A DNA stretch of 63,942 bases, filler included, from Pelomyxa schiedti (Eukaryota > Protista > Evosea), in NCBI GenBank assembly GCA_020536535.1. It is 11 parts of 11 records of this genome, joined end to end, with 100 filler letters (N's around TTAATTAATTAA, not from the genome) between each part and the next. Parts side by side here need not be neighbours in the genome. Positions count along the whole stretch, not along the records: positions 1 to 25,417 come from JAHLWZ010000561.1; 10 more parts are not named here. The stretch is one strand, 5' to 3'. Both the position numbers and the translations under genes were made by a program. Position 1 is the first letter of the stretch. Each line of letters begins with the position of its first letter. Under the pieces are notes generated by a model. That model was not told the DNA's origin. It ran no database searches and was given only the letters and a program-made list of their open reading frames with translations. Below are positions 1 through 14,200 of the stretch, one piece after another.

Positions 1-1608
1 TAAATTAGAAAATACAGTAAGTCGCAAACACCAAAACGTGCGTTTTTATTGTTGTAATTTAGTTGTTAAACATACTGGTGTTGATGTAGCTGCCATTGTA
101 GGGTATACTAAATTTTTTTTTAAACTTTGTTTGTTTCGGTTGGGTTGCTTGTTTGCTTGTTGGTTATTTTAATACTTTTATGATGTTGTGGGGTTAGCTT
201 TTTAAGGGACGGGAAGGACGAAAAATTAGCGTGATGCATAAGTTTTACGCATGTGATGAGAAGTATCTTCGCTGAATGTGATCATAAAAATGAGCTGGCA
301 GGCCCAAAGGCGTTCGTCCTCAGTCGTGAAGAAAAACATTGAACGCAACGCGAAACAAACAACAAGTTTAGGAAAGCGGATGTGATTACAATGTTTTATT
401 GTTGTGGCATTGTTTAGGGGATTTCACAGACTGACTGAGGAGCCTGAGTACAAGCTCACCAACTGCTTCAAAATCGGTTATATCGAGGTATCTGTGTAGA
501 GTAATTGGTGGTTTTAGTTACAGGTGAGTTATTATAAATTGGTTTGCTGAGTACATTTGAGCAGAGAGCCGGTTCCATACAGAACCATCAGGAAGTTGGT
601 AGGTAACGAGATACTCGTTGTAATCATCGAGGATTGTGTCCTGATTACCATCAGGCATTTTCGGAGTTAAGGCGGGTGATATTTTCTAAAAGGAAGGGGA
701 GTGAACCCTGATTGAGCAGGCAAGTGTATAGTCATTGGACGGAAATTTAACATCAATCATAGCCGAAGCCATTGACTGCGGCTGGAGAATTGTAGTGTTC
801 CACATGCTAGCTAATAGCTGCCCAGCTTCCCAAGCCAAATCGTTGTTGTACTGCTTTATGGCTTGGTCCCCACCTACGCTTTCGCGCCATGTCATTGCCG
901 CGGGAATTGTAGCGAATGCGGTGTAATCGCGAGTTCCGGTATACCTTTTTCAAAATTAAGGAAATGGAGAAGGTGATTGTTGTGTACTCGAATCTTTTCA
1001 CAAAGTCAACTGGATCAAATTCTGAGGATATTACTGTGGGAACTATTTTGTACTGTAGAATTGACTTGACCCACAGAAGGGCTGTTCCCTTTGGTGAAAA
1101 GAGCCACCTGAAATTCGATTAGTTTCTACGCGGCACAAGGAAACTATTACTTATGGGCATTAGTGAGATAATAGTCGGCATCTAGTGCCTGCAAATCGAT
1201 ATCTACATTACCAAGAGCGTGCGCGCCGTCAATTAAGACCGGTATATCGCTTTCATGTGCCAATTGGATCAACTCAGCAATTGGCAATACGGTGGCAGGA
1301 GTGGATTCGATGTCTGAAAGAGGTGAGTGTTGGTTGCGTGAATCTTCAAAGTTACGAGAAAAAACTGCCAAGTCAATTGGCTTGTTTGCAGCTATGAAGT
1401 CGGCAACAGCTTGGACAATCTCATCGGGAGAGGAAATTGGGTAATCAAAACCGGGAACAACGAGTACTTCGATTCCTATTTTAAGGTTTCAGTATCAATG
1501 AATGCCGCGTCAAACAGCACCCTCTACTTTAGCAAGGTAGTCCAGGGTGTAGATGACCATAGGATAGGCCCGATCAAGCCTCAGCACTCTCATGCCAGAA
1601 GTGAATCT
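1..1608. repeat. Diverged duplicate of ~15567-17149 (first exon of the Cys-rich gene plus 3' part of the aminotransferase)
   Basis: Near-identical sequence from TAAATTAGAAAATACAGTAAG to GCCAGAAGTGAATCT, with scattered substitutions and intron indels. Confidence 0.95.
386..1608 (-). CDS. PLP-dependent class V aminotransferase (L-cysteine desulfhydrase / Egt2 / isopenicillin N epimerase-like), copy 2, 5' part lost in gap
   Basis: Spliced exons give IDGAHALG, YYLTNAHK-WLFSPKG and C-terminal IYLDITDFEAVGELV...KTL*. Confidence 0.85.
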
Positions 1609-2098
1609 NNNNNNNNNNNNNNNNNNNNNNNNNNNNNNNNNNNNNNNNNNNNNNNNNNNNNNNNNNNNNNNNNNNNNNNNNNNNNNNNNNNNNNNNNNNN
1701 NNNNNNNNACGTTCCAGAATACCTGCTGCGAACCACCTTGCCAGCGTGGAACATGGGACACGGGAACAGTGCCAACCTTCGAGGAACCGGAAGTGACTGG
1801 CACCACAGATACCATTGTATTGTGGGATGTTGTTTCCGCTCTGTCCCTTGCTCGAATCAGATTCTCTGATAAGTTCCGCCTGCTTGACGTCTGACACCAC
1901 CGGAATTTCTCCTCGGCCAGAGAGATTAAAAAAACCGGTTTGAGGACACACGAGGTACGCGGGAGTGCAATCGAAGAATCCCTGCTGAGTAGCGTGGGGG
2001 CTCTATTTGTGTTGGCTGAAGATTGTTGATGCTGGTAATCTGCTTTTTGATAGCAATACACCCAGTCCAACAGATCGCAGCGGCAACACACCCAGTCC

Positions 2099-3896
2099 AT
2101 GTCATCGTCGTCTTCTTCGTCGTCGTCGTCAGCGTCGGTACCGCCACCCACGGCAAGTGGTGGTGGCACCACGACGATGATGGCGTCGTCTGTGTCGTCG
2201 TCCTCCACCATCGCTACCGTACCCGGGTCCTCCTCGTCGTCGTCGTCATCGGGGGCGATGGGGGCACATCACCAGCATCATCGGCAGCAGCAGCATCAGC
2301 AACAGCAAACGGGGGCGGCAGCGGACACGACGCCGTCGACGGCGGGGGGGGACGGCGCTCAGTCGCTGCAGGGGGCGGAGCTCGACGTGGACAACATAAT
2401 AGGGAGGCTGCTGGCTGTGAGGGGAAACAGGCCCGGCAAGCAGGTAGATCTTCTGGAGACCGAAATAAGGTTGCTTGGTTTTTTTTTTTCCTTGTCATGT
2501 TGTGTTTTGTTTTCTTGTTACCCGCCAGTTCCATGAGAACCTTCTAATTGTGCAATTACAAAGGTGGTTGTGCATGAAAAGTCGGGATATTTTTATGTCT
2601 CAGCCCATTTTGTTAGAATTGGAAGCTCCTGTCAAAATCGTTGGTAGCACATCATCCTTTTAGTATGACTCCCGACCAAAATACTGTTCGTAGGTGATAT
2701 TCACGGCCAGTATGCTGATTTATTGAGGTTGTTGCGAGTGACTTATATCTTACATCTCACACCCTTCAAGACTTTTTGAGTATGGACAATTCCCCCCAGC
2801 ATCCAATTACTTATTCCTTGGTAATCACCGCAAGTCGGCTCTTACTTGTTTTAATATCTGATTAGGAGATTATGTGGACAGAGGTATTCAGGCTGTGAAA
2901 TTTTCAGAAAGATAAAATCCACTCAGGAAAACAAAGTTTGGAGACAATATGTCTTCTTCTTGCCTATAAAATCAAATACCCTGAAAACTTCTTTCTATTA
3001 CGAGGGAATCATGAATGCAGCTCTATAAACAGAATTTATGGCTTCTTTGACGAATGTATGCATTCACTCCAAGAAAGCCTTTTACCTTTCCAAAGGTAAA
3101 CGTAGATATAACATTAAATTATGGAAAACCTTTACCGATTGCTTCAACACCCTTCCAATTGCTGCACTTGTTGATGAAAAGATCTTCTGTATGCATGGGG
3201 GTCTAAGCCCGGACTTACGATCCATGGACGAAATAAAACGGGTTTCCATTCTTCCCTTTGTGTATTTGTATTCAATTCGAAAACACAGATTGTGCGCCCA
3301 ACAGATATACCTGATACTGGCTTGCTATGCGATTTATTGTGGTCAGACCCGAATAAAGAAAAACTCGGCTGGGGAGAGAACGACAGGTTATTGCATCCAT
3401 TTTTTCGTATCCTGGCGCTTATTATGTGGCAGAGGTGTAAGTTTTACTTTCGGCACCGATATTGTAAGCCAGTTTTTGAAGAAGCTGGATCTTGATCTCA
3501 TTTGTAGAGCGCACCAAGTATGTAATTTCTCCACATGGCATAAACCTCACTCGTTTCTTCAGGTTGTTGAGGACGGCTATGAGTTTTTTGCGAAGCGAGC
3601 ACTCGTAACCGTGTTCAGTGCCCCAAATTACTGTGGGGAGTTCGACAATGCCGGGGCCATGATGACCGTAGATGAAACTCTCATGTGCTCATTCCAGGTA
3701 TTGCCTACCAGGATATGATTCCTTAATAATAAATAAATAAAAAACCCCCGCAATACCAACAACACCGGTACAGATACTTAAACCAAACGAGAAGACCCGC
3801 ACGGGCAGGCTAGGCGCTGCACAAAAAAGAGCGTCTGGGCTGGCCTCGCTCAAGACCAACTACCCACGCGGCAGAGGCCTCCCCCTAGGCGACTAA
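2099..3896 (+). CDS. PP1: Serine/threonine protein phosphatase PP1 catalytic subunit, multi-exon, with Ser/Gln-rich N-terminal extension
   Basis: [72 protein letters not shown] motifs across short GT-AG introns. Confidence 0.97.
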
Positions 3897-4050
3897 CACC
3901 CCACAAATACTGCCTTATCCCCCCCAGTATATCTATCCCTGCCCACCCCCCGCGCCCGCATTCGTTCTGTCCATACCAAATACCATTCCAAACACAAAAT
4001 CGTGTTGTTTGCTCTTCTCTTCTTAAATACTACAAATTAGGCGAAACTCG

Positions 4051-5410
4051 ATGCTGTTTGTACCGACGCCACCGTCCGCCCCCAAACCCACCACACCAAC
4101 ACCCACAACAACAACCACTACCACGACCACGACTTCGTTGCAGCCCCAGACACAGGCCCCACAACCACAACCACAACCACAGCCACAGCCACAGCCACAG
4201 CCCCTGACACCTGCCCCTGCTCCTCCCTCCTCCTCGTCGTTGTTGTCTTCGTCGTCCTCGTCGCTGCTGAGGCAACAGCCACAGGCACAGGCACAGGCAC
4301 CACAGGGGCCGATGCCGTCGTGCATCGTGGTGAGCGACGAGCCGACGAGGCGGGTGTCGCACCAGCGGCAGCACCACACGCACAGGCTGTCCACCGCCTT
4401 CCCTGCTGCCCCCGCCCTCCTCGCGCCCCCCTCTCCCTCGCCCTCGGTATCGGCCATAGACGTGGAGGAATGCATTGGGGGCGGGCCGCTGGACTACGGC
4501 GCGGGGATTATGGGAGGGGGAGGGATACCTGGAGATATCGGGGACTTGCCGCCGCCTCCGCCACCCCCGCCGCCTGACAGTATCCCCACCGGCGACTATT
4601 GCGCGAGTATGTAATTGTGGGTTGTTGTTGTATCTGCTGTGTGTAATAGGATGGTTGGTTGTGGGGCAAGGGAAGGGCTAAATGCTACTAATGTTACTTT
4701 GGTTCATATGTGTGCTGTACATTTATGTTTTGTTGGTTGTATGTATGGAATGTTGTTCCGGAACTTATGCGTTTATTTTTTTCCCTCTGTCCCCCCTTAC
4801 TTAGTATTCAGGGTTTACTATCATGACAAGCCACCTTGCCTGCGGTGCCGTAAGTTTCTAGTCTCTGACTATGCCAAAGTATGTACAATTCCTAACAATC
4901 ACCACCTCTTACTCTCTTCTGCAGTTTGTATTGATTCATCCAATTCCTTCTACTAGAGACACTGAACTCTGTGACTCCATCATACCCACTGACTACCTTA
5001 CGCAGCTAAAGGACACAGTCACACAAAATAGCACCGCCATCAGGCACCTCAAGCAAGGGCAACCTGCTTCTGTTGCTGCACGGCTTCCTGAACCGCCTAT
5101 AGTCACACACCCCATTGGTTACTGCAGTGTGTTTGAGACCGAGTACAGTTTGGAATCTCCACCCTGCCTTGCTCAGAAATTCCCCACTGAGAAATATCCT
5201 GGTTTCACCCAAGTATGATCCCTGCCAATTGTAATGACTGACCCCCCTTTGTAGGTGAATTTGCACCAAAAAGTCACGAGAGAGGAGGTGGAATCTCTTA
5301 AAAAGCACCTACAGTTTGCCATTTCTCAAAATTCTGTAATTCTTCAGGCTTTAGCAGAGGAAGAGAGGTGTTTCTGCATTAACTTAGTCCTCGAACTAAA
5401 CGAGTAAAAC
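4051..5410 (+). CDS. Hypothetical low-complexity (Pro/Gln/Thr/Ser) multi-exon protein; 3' structure uncertain
   Basis: 187-aa ATG-led ORF with PQ/T/S runs, followed by probable short exons; no family recognised. Confidence 0.35.
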
Positions 5411-5562
5411 AGGAAGCTAGACGACCAGCTTGCCGAGTATAATCTTTGCCCGGTACCAGTGGACAGTGCCACCACCAAACTGTAAAAAAGAACAAAACGC
5501 ACCCACAGTGAGTGGTATAGAACAAGTTTGGTTACCAAGCAACAAAAACCAACTTCTTTTGT

Positions 5563-6517
5563 AATGTACGAGTGGTGTGTCCCAGGTCATGATGGCATGA
5601 GATCAAGCTGCAAGGAAGGCAAGAGAAGAGTCCCCGTTGTTGTTGGTGGTGGTGGTGGTTGACCTCCTTCCTGATGNNNNNNNNNNNNNNNNNNNNNNNN
5701 NNNNNNNNNNNNNNNNNNNNNNNNNNNNNNNNNNNNNNNNNNNNNNNNNNNNNNNNNNNNNNNNNNNNNNNNNNNNATAATATAGCAGCCCTAGCCCCAA
5801 TAGTGTAGTAATAGTGCCAGCAGTCTCAGCGTTGCGTTGTGGTGGGTATCTGAGAGTGTTGCGGTTAGAAAGAGCACGTAAAAGGGTGGAAATAAACACC
5901 TTTTGGAGAGTTAATTACTCGCAGCGGACTTTCCTTTGAACCCTTTCCTCTGTGAAAGCGGTGAGTTGTTATTAATGTAAGGAGGATGGATTCCTTTTTT
6001 TGTCCTGTCCTTCTTCTCTCTATCCTGTGGGTCCACTGTCTCCGTGTCAAAAGAACTTCAACTCTCCTTGCACTCTTTCCTCTGTGAGTTGTTATTAAGG
6101 AAGGTAAGGAGGGTGAATACATCCTTTTGTAATGTACGAGTGGTGTGTCCCAGGTCATGATGGCATGAGATCAAGCTGCAAGGAAGGCAAGAGAAGAGTC
6201 CCCGTTGTTGTTGGTGGTGGTGGTGGTTGACCTCCTTCCTGATGACAATGAATGATGATCCCAAAGCAAGAAGAGCTAGCTAGCTTGCCTCCGCAATAGC
6301 GCCGCGGTCTTCTTCTCTCTACCCAGCCGGCCGGTCCTGTGGAGAAAGGGCACAATACAGCCACGAAACCGCAGCAATTTAGGCCCTTGGCCATCTCCAT
6401 AATATAGCAGCCCTAGCCCCAATAGTGTAGTAATAGTGCCAGCAGTCTCAGCGTTGCGTTGTGGTGGGTATCTGAGAGTGTTGCGGTTAGAAAGAGCACG
6501 TAAAAGGGTGGAAATAA
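5563..6517. repeat. Local duplications flanking the 5677-5776 gap (5563-5676 = ~6132-6245; 5777-5897 = ~6398-6518)
   Basis: Identical segments on either side of the N-gap; probably unresolved assembly overlap or haplotype. Confidence 0.8.
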
Positions 6518-8265
6518 ACTGTGAGTTGTGGATGCACGTGTAACGTGTGTATTGTTTTGGGGATGGCAAATACACATGCGTTTCGAAAAAAACGACAACA
6601 ACCTTGTTACAGTGCACGTGTCGCGGTAGATCTGCCGTGTTGCTGTTTGTTTAAAGAAATGAAAGTTAGTGTTTCTGCATTGTTAAAAAGCCAAGAAATT
6701 TCGTGGGGAGAATGCAACTGCACTATGCCAGTGGTTATTTGGCACTATGACTGAGGAACTACAGTGCGCCAGTGTTGTTGCACATCTCAGAGACCCCAAG
6801 TGTCAGATCTACAAGGTCCAAATGTAAGATCCAAATGCAAAAACGATCATGATGCAGCAGAACTGCGCAAAAAAAATTCCGTTTGGATGTTGGTGGGCCG
6901 TGATGCAGTTGTTGTGGCACACACTTGGGGGTACATCCCACAAGTCGTGCGCTTTCAGGTGCCACTGGATTATGCCGTTATGGGTGCTCGCGTTTTTCTG
7001 GGTTGGTTCCTTGTTGTTTGTTTGTCCACTGTGTGCGATGACTGTTCATAGAATGGCAGCACAAATACATAAGCACCAAGGAACTAACCCACACCCCTGT
7101 TGGTGTGACAACTACTCCCTCAACGCACCGATGTACCGCGGTAGTAGGTACTTATGGGTAAATGTCCACATTAAAAGGACACCAAAAAAAGAGTGGCGGG
7201 CACCACGGCACTCGACACATCACTGGTTTGTTTTCGTTTGAACGGTTTTCTGTCTCATCAATTTAACTGACAGTTACCGAGCAGTGCATTGGGGAATGCA
7301 GCCTTCTCGTTCCCCAAGACCGTGGGGAACATCGGAATGAACACATCAATGATCTGTGTATGCTCTCTCATTTTCAAGACTCTGTTTCTTTGAGTTGACC
7401 CATTGAACAACACCATCAAAAAGGAAAAAGAACCAACACCGCGGGCTCATGGGACACTCCGAGCCATCGACCAATTTGTTTCACTGTGCTTTGTATCCTT
7501 ATAGCCTTCCACACATGGTATCTACTGGCCATGTTCTGGATCCCGCGTTGTGAACATCTGATGGAGATCAAAGTTTGGGCTCGAGGCACCAACACACTGA
7601 GTGTTTTTGGGAGGGTGACTGCTGTGTGGCGCAGAGACTCTGGGAACTCTCAATGCAATGAAATTGGCAGTGCGGCATCGCACCCTTTTCAATGAAGCTC
7701 CTGGAGCCGTCTCTCTTGGCCACGTGCAATGGGCAACTCATTGTGAGGAAGGGCGATTCAACCGCCACTGGTGGGGGCCGTTTCACAAAATGGCTTGGAA
7801 CTGAATGTCAGTTCATCAGCATCAATCACCGCAAACGCACTGGGTTGGAAATCGCTTGTGCAGCACCACAATGAGCCTTACTGCCGGCTGGCTGTGGGTC
7901 CCCCACTTTCGCAGTAACGATCCCTCAAAAACCACCTTCATCTCCTGGGCAGGTGCCACTTAAGGCAGCAAACCACTCTGTTTTTCTGCTTCAGAGGTGA
8001 ATTGTAGGCCTGGCTGCCCTGTTCACATGCATGGGGTCGACCAGAAGCCACCACTTCTTCACATGCACCACATTGTTGATGCCACCACTGGAATCACCAT
8101 TTTCAAATTGCATTAGAAACAACTTCTTTCATTTCTATTCCCTTAACAGATAGTTGAAAAAAAAAAAACAGTTGCAAAAACCTACTTTTCAAAAAGAAGA
8201 ACCCAGTCTCCCACCTCTTTCATGTACCCCCATTTTTTGAAATTAATTGTTAATACTCACTCAAC

Positions 8266-10394
8266 ATGGAATACAATCAACCAGAGACCAAACGCCTTCT
8301 CAGTAGCATAGTACCCAGGGACCAAGTCCCCACAAGAGCCAAGGCAAAAACCGTGGCCCTGTGTGTATTCCTCACTTTCCCTTTTTGTTTCAACCGAAAA
8401 CAAAAGAAACCAAAATGCCACCGTGGTGCCGTTGTATTGTTTGTGCGTTGATACGCAAAACACAAATTAAAAACCTATCTTACTGGGTGTGCATTTATAA
8501 AATAAAACAATCAACACAGATGGACGTTGTCAGCGTTCATAATGGCAATGACGGCGATGCCGTTGGTGAATTACGCTGCCATGAAGCCTGTTTATTTGGA
8601 CTACGGCGTTCTGATTGGCGCATGCAATATGTAATGCGTATGTTATGTGCTCTGTGTATGCTTGGTGGTGATACTGTGTGTGCGAGTTTAGCAGTCTGCT
8701 TGCTCACATTTAATTGACTGGGAAGAAATCAAACAAGTAGTGGTTCAAATCAATCAAGTTCGACCGGAACAACGAGTCCTTCTAGTGCAAGTTCGACGAC
8801 ATACTGTGATGCGCAAGTGTACTGGCTCAACTTCATTTCCGCATGTGTTCCTGGTCTGCTGGATATTCTGTCTCCTTCTGTTGGGTTCCTTTTTGACAAA
8901 ATGAATCGACGCTTCACGGCTATTCTGTCCTGTGGATTTTTACCTTTCTGGACTTTGTGTGTATATTTAATGAGGACTTCACGTGCATTAATTATCTGCA
9001 GACTTGGACTGTTCTGTAATTCCAATTTATTTCCGTGGCAGGTTCAACTTCCGATGATTCTTCTACTCGAGGGACTGGTATGCAACTACATGATGGAAAC
9101 AATTACCACCTTAATTTTTTTTATCAGACTTGTTGTTTTGGGTGTGCCTTTGCACTGATCACTCTGTCGTTCATGTGGGACATTTCCCAAGTTTACCCTC
9201 AAGTATACTCCCCATGTTGTTTAATATGGCACTAAATGTACATTTACATGCACGATAGGGCCACCTCATCTTTCACTCTACCTTTATAAACTCAGTATCA
9301 ACCGCGTGTTGGGATCTAAGTTCCTTGTGAGTATAAATAACAGTCTCGCTCACCATTAAATCTCCTCTTCTTACAGTGTTGGATGGGTGATCAACTGGGC
9401 GTATTTTAACACTCCCCTTGGCTTGATTGGCATATTTAGTGTATATGCCCTCATTTCCTTCGTTCCTACGGCTTTTTTTGCGTTCTTCGCAACTCCACTC
9501 AGAAGTTCTCCAGCTGAAGGTACACTATCTTCTGTACTTAGGTTGATGTTCTCAGTTCATGTGTAGTGACGGACAAGGTTCAATCAAAGGATGTCTTCAC
9601 TCGATCTGAATGGATGCTGGTATTATCTTTGTGAGTTTATTTTCTGCCCCTCTTATTTGTGATTAAGTGGCTTCACCAGGGGAGCGATGTTCGTCTTATT
9701 TTTGTCGCAGGTGGCAATGTACATGTCCATTCAGTATGAAATGTTACAGGTTTGTGAACTCTCACCCACTTGTGTTCCTTTCACAACCAACAATTCCCAG
9801 TGGGAGTTTTATGGAGATATTTCAACGGCTGATGACTTGTTACATGTGTTTTCGATAATGCTTCCATGCAGTTTCGTTACGAATATAATCTTTGCTTGGT
9901 TTTTGAGGTTTCTTGTCTTCTACCTTATATGTGGGGCTCATCCTCATACAGGTATGGTGTTGCCAAGGTTCTGCCCTTTGAAATTGCACTGGGAATTGTC
10001 TGGACCACCTGCAGCTTGATCAGGGGAGGACCGAAGTGGTTGCAGTACATAACCTTCGTCGCTTTTCTTATCTATCGGATGCTTGGATTATCATTGTATA
10101 ACCAGGCATTGAAGGATTTTTTCCCCGCACATTTATTTGGTGTGTAATTACATCTGCAGACCCACATTAACCAATGACAAAGGGAGAATACTCACGATAA
10201 CCGGGTTTGCTGCCGGTGTTGGGATCATTCTCTGTGCTCTTGTTCTGAATGCCCTTGTTATGCAAGCTGAGTCCTACATCCCTGTTATTAGTGCACTCAT
10301 GGGAATAACTGGGGCAGCTATGCTGGCGGTCATACTTTTCACAGTTATCCACAAACAATCCAAGTCCAAGATGTCAGCCTCCATTCAGCCATGA
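8266..10394 (+). CDS. MFS transporter, FMP42/SLC43(LAT3)-like, multi-exon
   Basis: Exon WTLSAFIMAMTAMPLVNYAAMKPVYLDYGVLIGAC, many hydrophobic helices, KWLQYITFVAFLIYR and FFPAHLFGRI late motifs. Confidence 0.7.
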
Positions 10395-10554
10395 ACCCCC
10401 CTCACTTTCTCGGCATGAGTGTACAAACAACAGTTCAGTGGTGCTTTACCTGCACCCCAACACCCAAGGCACACCTCAACTGTAAAATTCAAAATACACT
10501 AATTTTTCTCTATTCAACAATTGTTTGATTTTTGAATTCAAAAAAATTAGAGCC

Positions 10555-13500
10555 TCATAGGCCGTCACTGGTTGTAGTGGTTGTTGTGATTGAGGATAGT
10601 GCCGATGAAGACAACGGGGCTGATTTCTTGGAAAGAACAACCGAGTGGGGCAGAGTGACTACAACTTGGTCTGTGTCCCCACACCAGAAGTTGTCTGCTA
10701 CTATGTCTGTGTTGTACTTTTTGACCTGTGGTGGGTATGGTGAGTGCTGTTTAGCAAATGTTGTAGTGCTACTAGTTACTGTTGCAATTTGAGTAGAATG
10801 TGATTGCGTTTGAGGGATACTTTGAGAAATGCGTGGAATAGGGATTCAAACCTTGTACTGGTCAAGGATGTTTTGCTTGATCTTCCGGAAGTTCCATGTC
10901 ACTACATACGGACCCGTGCTTGTGACGATGGACTTCTCCAGTTTTCCGGTATCGGCTGCCCACTCCATGTTGAACTTGGCTGGCGTGAAGTCCACGGGTG
11001 TCATTACTCTAAGGTGACTCTGCTTCAGCGATAAGCGGCGTGCAGAGGGCTTTTCTTTACCCATTGGAACCTGTGGGGTGTTATCACATATGGCAGGGGT
11101 GAATTAATTGACCTCGAATCCAAGTTTCCCACTCTTTAGCTCGGTGGGGACAACAAGAAGATAAGTTTTACATGTGGCAAGCAACCATTTCCCATCAGCC
11201 GTAGCATCGATTGCTTTTATAGGCTCTGACCGATATTAGTCGGAATTATTAGGAAGAAATTTTCATACCCCCAAAAGCCGGTAATGTTGTCTTAGCCCTA
11301 GGCACTGCTGCCTCAAAGCAGTCGGGTCTGCGTTTCTTGGAAATGGAATTTGCACTAAATAACTTTATCTCACCCCCAGTTGTAGCAACAGCGACATGAC
11401 CTATTATAAGTCAAATGTGGGACGGGATAGGGATGCGAGGAAGTACCTGTCTTGGTAGTTACACCACAGGAAATATTTGAAGTTTTGCCTCTTGAAGGAT
11501 AGAAAAAACTGAAGTGTTCTTTTAGAGGTCATACTGGAGGTACTGATGTTTGTACCTCTGTCCAGGCACCATTTTATGAGTCGACCGCAACCTTGGATCT
11601 AAAAGGCAGAAACCGTGATTATTGAGACCAAGAAATGTCTGCTGGTCTGTCATTGGTGCGTACTTGGTCTGAGGTAGAACTTGATTGATTTCATAGTTTC
11701 CATCAGCTTGCTAATATTGAAATAAGAGGATAAATAGGAATGTTACTGAGCGATACCCACTCCTCGACAACTTTCTCTGAGTTTAAATCCAATCTAAACA
11801 CAGACCTACTGTGGTCAGGATCCAATAAGAGCATAGTCTGGTCGGCTTGGTGTAGCATTACCTTCAGATAGTGAGGGGGAGCAAAAAAATTCATTAGAGT
11901 ACTTGAGATGGGTGGAGTTCATGACTATCATGTGACAACTTAGAAATGGATGCCTTATGTGTCCATTTGCCTCCAGCACCTTGTGTTCCATACACTCCAA
12001 TGCTACTTCCACGTACAACAAAAGAGCGATCTGTATTATTACTTTTTTGGGTTGGAAAGGGAAAGGAGAAGGGAAAGCGGGTGAGTATTAATACCCTATA
12101 GCAAGCATCCTGTTTTCCCCTTCTTCATGGTTTTCTGTTTCATCATTTTCACTCTCTCCATTTCCTTCACTTTCTTCACCTCCATGAGTATCCTCTTCTT
12201 CAGCCTCGCTATCTTTCTTGTCACTATCATCAAATGAAAGCTTCTCCATGCGAATTGGGGAAATAGGAGTAGACGGTTGTGTGCAGCTGGATTTTGTTGG
12301 TGTGGAAGTTCCCTCTGATGCTGCCGGGCTTGCAATTGAAGAGGTACTGCGACTGGTGAGTTCACTCCCATCATCATCTTCTTCAAAAAAGTCATGTGTA
12401 TCCTCCTCTGTAAAATTAGTTACCCTCTACTGAAAGTTGGCTGGTAAGAACCTTGCAATCCATCATCATCCTCAAAGCACCCAGATGTGTCTAAGTCAAT
12501 TTCAGTGGAGTTGGTGCGAGCAAGATAGGGCTTGTCTTCTTCCTATATATATGTATAAATGGGTTGGACAAGTACTGCCAAAAACCTTTAATTTGGACCA
12601 AAGTTTTTTGGTACTGTACTCATAAGAAGCCTTTGTTAAAGTCATTGTAACACTTTGAAAAGTTGCCTCAGATTCAAGAACCAGTTTCCAGGTCCATTTT
12701 AGAGCTGCAAAACTGTATATCCAAACAAGTGCATGTTGTGCCTTAATTTCATTACTCTACTCTGCTCAAACTTAAAAAAGCTTACGGGAATAAAGGAGTA
12801 GTGCATGTCAGGGCCAATTCTCTGGGTGATGAGATCTTTCGTGTCATCAAAAATTCTGAGTGCATCTACTGGCGTTAGAGATTTCCAGGTGTGCAAATGC
12901 CTACATAGAAAAGTGCAGCACTTCACAATTTGAATTTTGCAATTTCGAATAAATAGCTCTTCTTTGTCGTTCTCATCAACAGAGTATAGACATCCAATTG
13001 TGTCAATTTCAATTTCTTTGATTGGTTTGTTTGGAATTGATGTTAAGTTGCCAGTACCACATGTAGACCAGTCAATTTGGTCAGGACTCTTGACTTTCAA
13101 AATCTCGGTAACTTCCTCTTTTGGTTTGTCACAGGTTGTTTGCTCTAGTTGTGGATACAGAGTATCACTGTGGGTGGGTTGGGAAGTATGTGCGTCTTTC
13201 TCGTCTATGTGAATTGGTGAAGGTGGTATGATTGGAAGGGGAAGTGTGGGAGCCTGGGGGTCTACTTGTATGCTGGGAATAATTTTGAAAGGTGAAGGAG
13301 TGGGTGGAAGCACAAGTCGATTTGTATTTAATGGTTTGATTGGTGTAGCAGGTAAATATGAGGGCACCTGGTCCACTGTCTTTGGTGTTGTAAGTACTTC
13401 CTCGAAGTGATGGATGAGGTCTGTAATCTCATTGGACTCCGATGTGTCTTCTAATCCAGAGGAATCGCCATCGTAGTCAGACTCAGAGTTGGAAGCTACG

Positions 13501-14200
13501 TCATCTGCCTTGGTGTCGCTCAGTGGTGGTGCTGCAGCGGTATTATTATTTGATGGAGTGGACTTGGAAGCAGTAGTGGGTGGTATCAATGGGAAAACTA
13601 CGGGAGCTGGGGCTGGAGAAGAGAAACTAGGTTGGATTGTGGGATCTCTTACAGGTGTCAATGGCATTTTTACCGCAGTTGCCGGTGGTTTGACTAGTTT
13701 CCTGATGATAAAGTTGAGAGCTACGTTGTCCTGGTTCTGGACATACTCTGGTTTGTTGGGGAATCCAGGAAATGCCAATTTGAGTATTTCTTCGAACTTA
13801 CTTAGAGAAGGATTTGCTTCATTCAGTTCCAAGGAGTAGTGCCGGTTTTCCTTGTCTTGGGGTGAGAGCAAGAAAGAGAATAAGTACGAACATGATGCCA
13901 AGAATAAGCTTCATTTCCCATCATAGATTGCTTTTTCCACAGCCTCATCTCAGGGGAGATTATGAAAGTGTATTTAACTGAATTTGGTTAGTGTGTAAAG
14001 GGCAAGGGGAAGTATACTGATGTATACCAGAACTGTCATCTTTAGACGTGACATGTAGTTCGAAATGCTCTGTCGGCTTATCAACTTTTTCGACGACACC
14101 TTGGCAAGAGTTGATCCTGTAAGTGCAACGAATGAGCGTGACACCATTGTTAAAAGAATTAAAACTATACTGCGTTTCGACGTGGTTGTTTTGCGGTGTG
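10555..14200 (-). CDS. VID27: VID27 (vacuolar import and degradation 27) family protein; start codon uncertain
   Basis: [71 protein letters not shown]. Confidence 0.85.

Noticed and set aside
4023-4475. Minus-strand ORF with GCGCGC Cys repeats (metallothionein-like)
   Set aside because: Antisense shadow of the PQ-repeat exon on the plus strand
5563-5897. Repeats as a possible CRISPR array or mobile element
   Set aside because: No repeat-spacer periodicity; they flank an N-gap and copy sequence ~600 bp away, typical of assembly redundancy
6700-8100. Possible coding region
   Set aside because: Only short ORFs with no recognisable motifs; may be a decayed gene but cannot be supported
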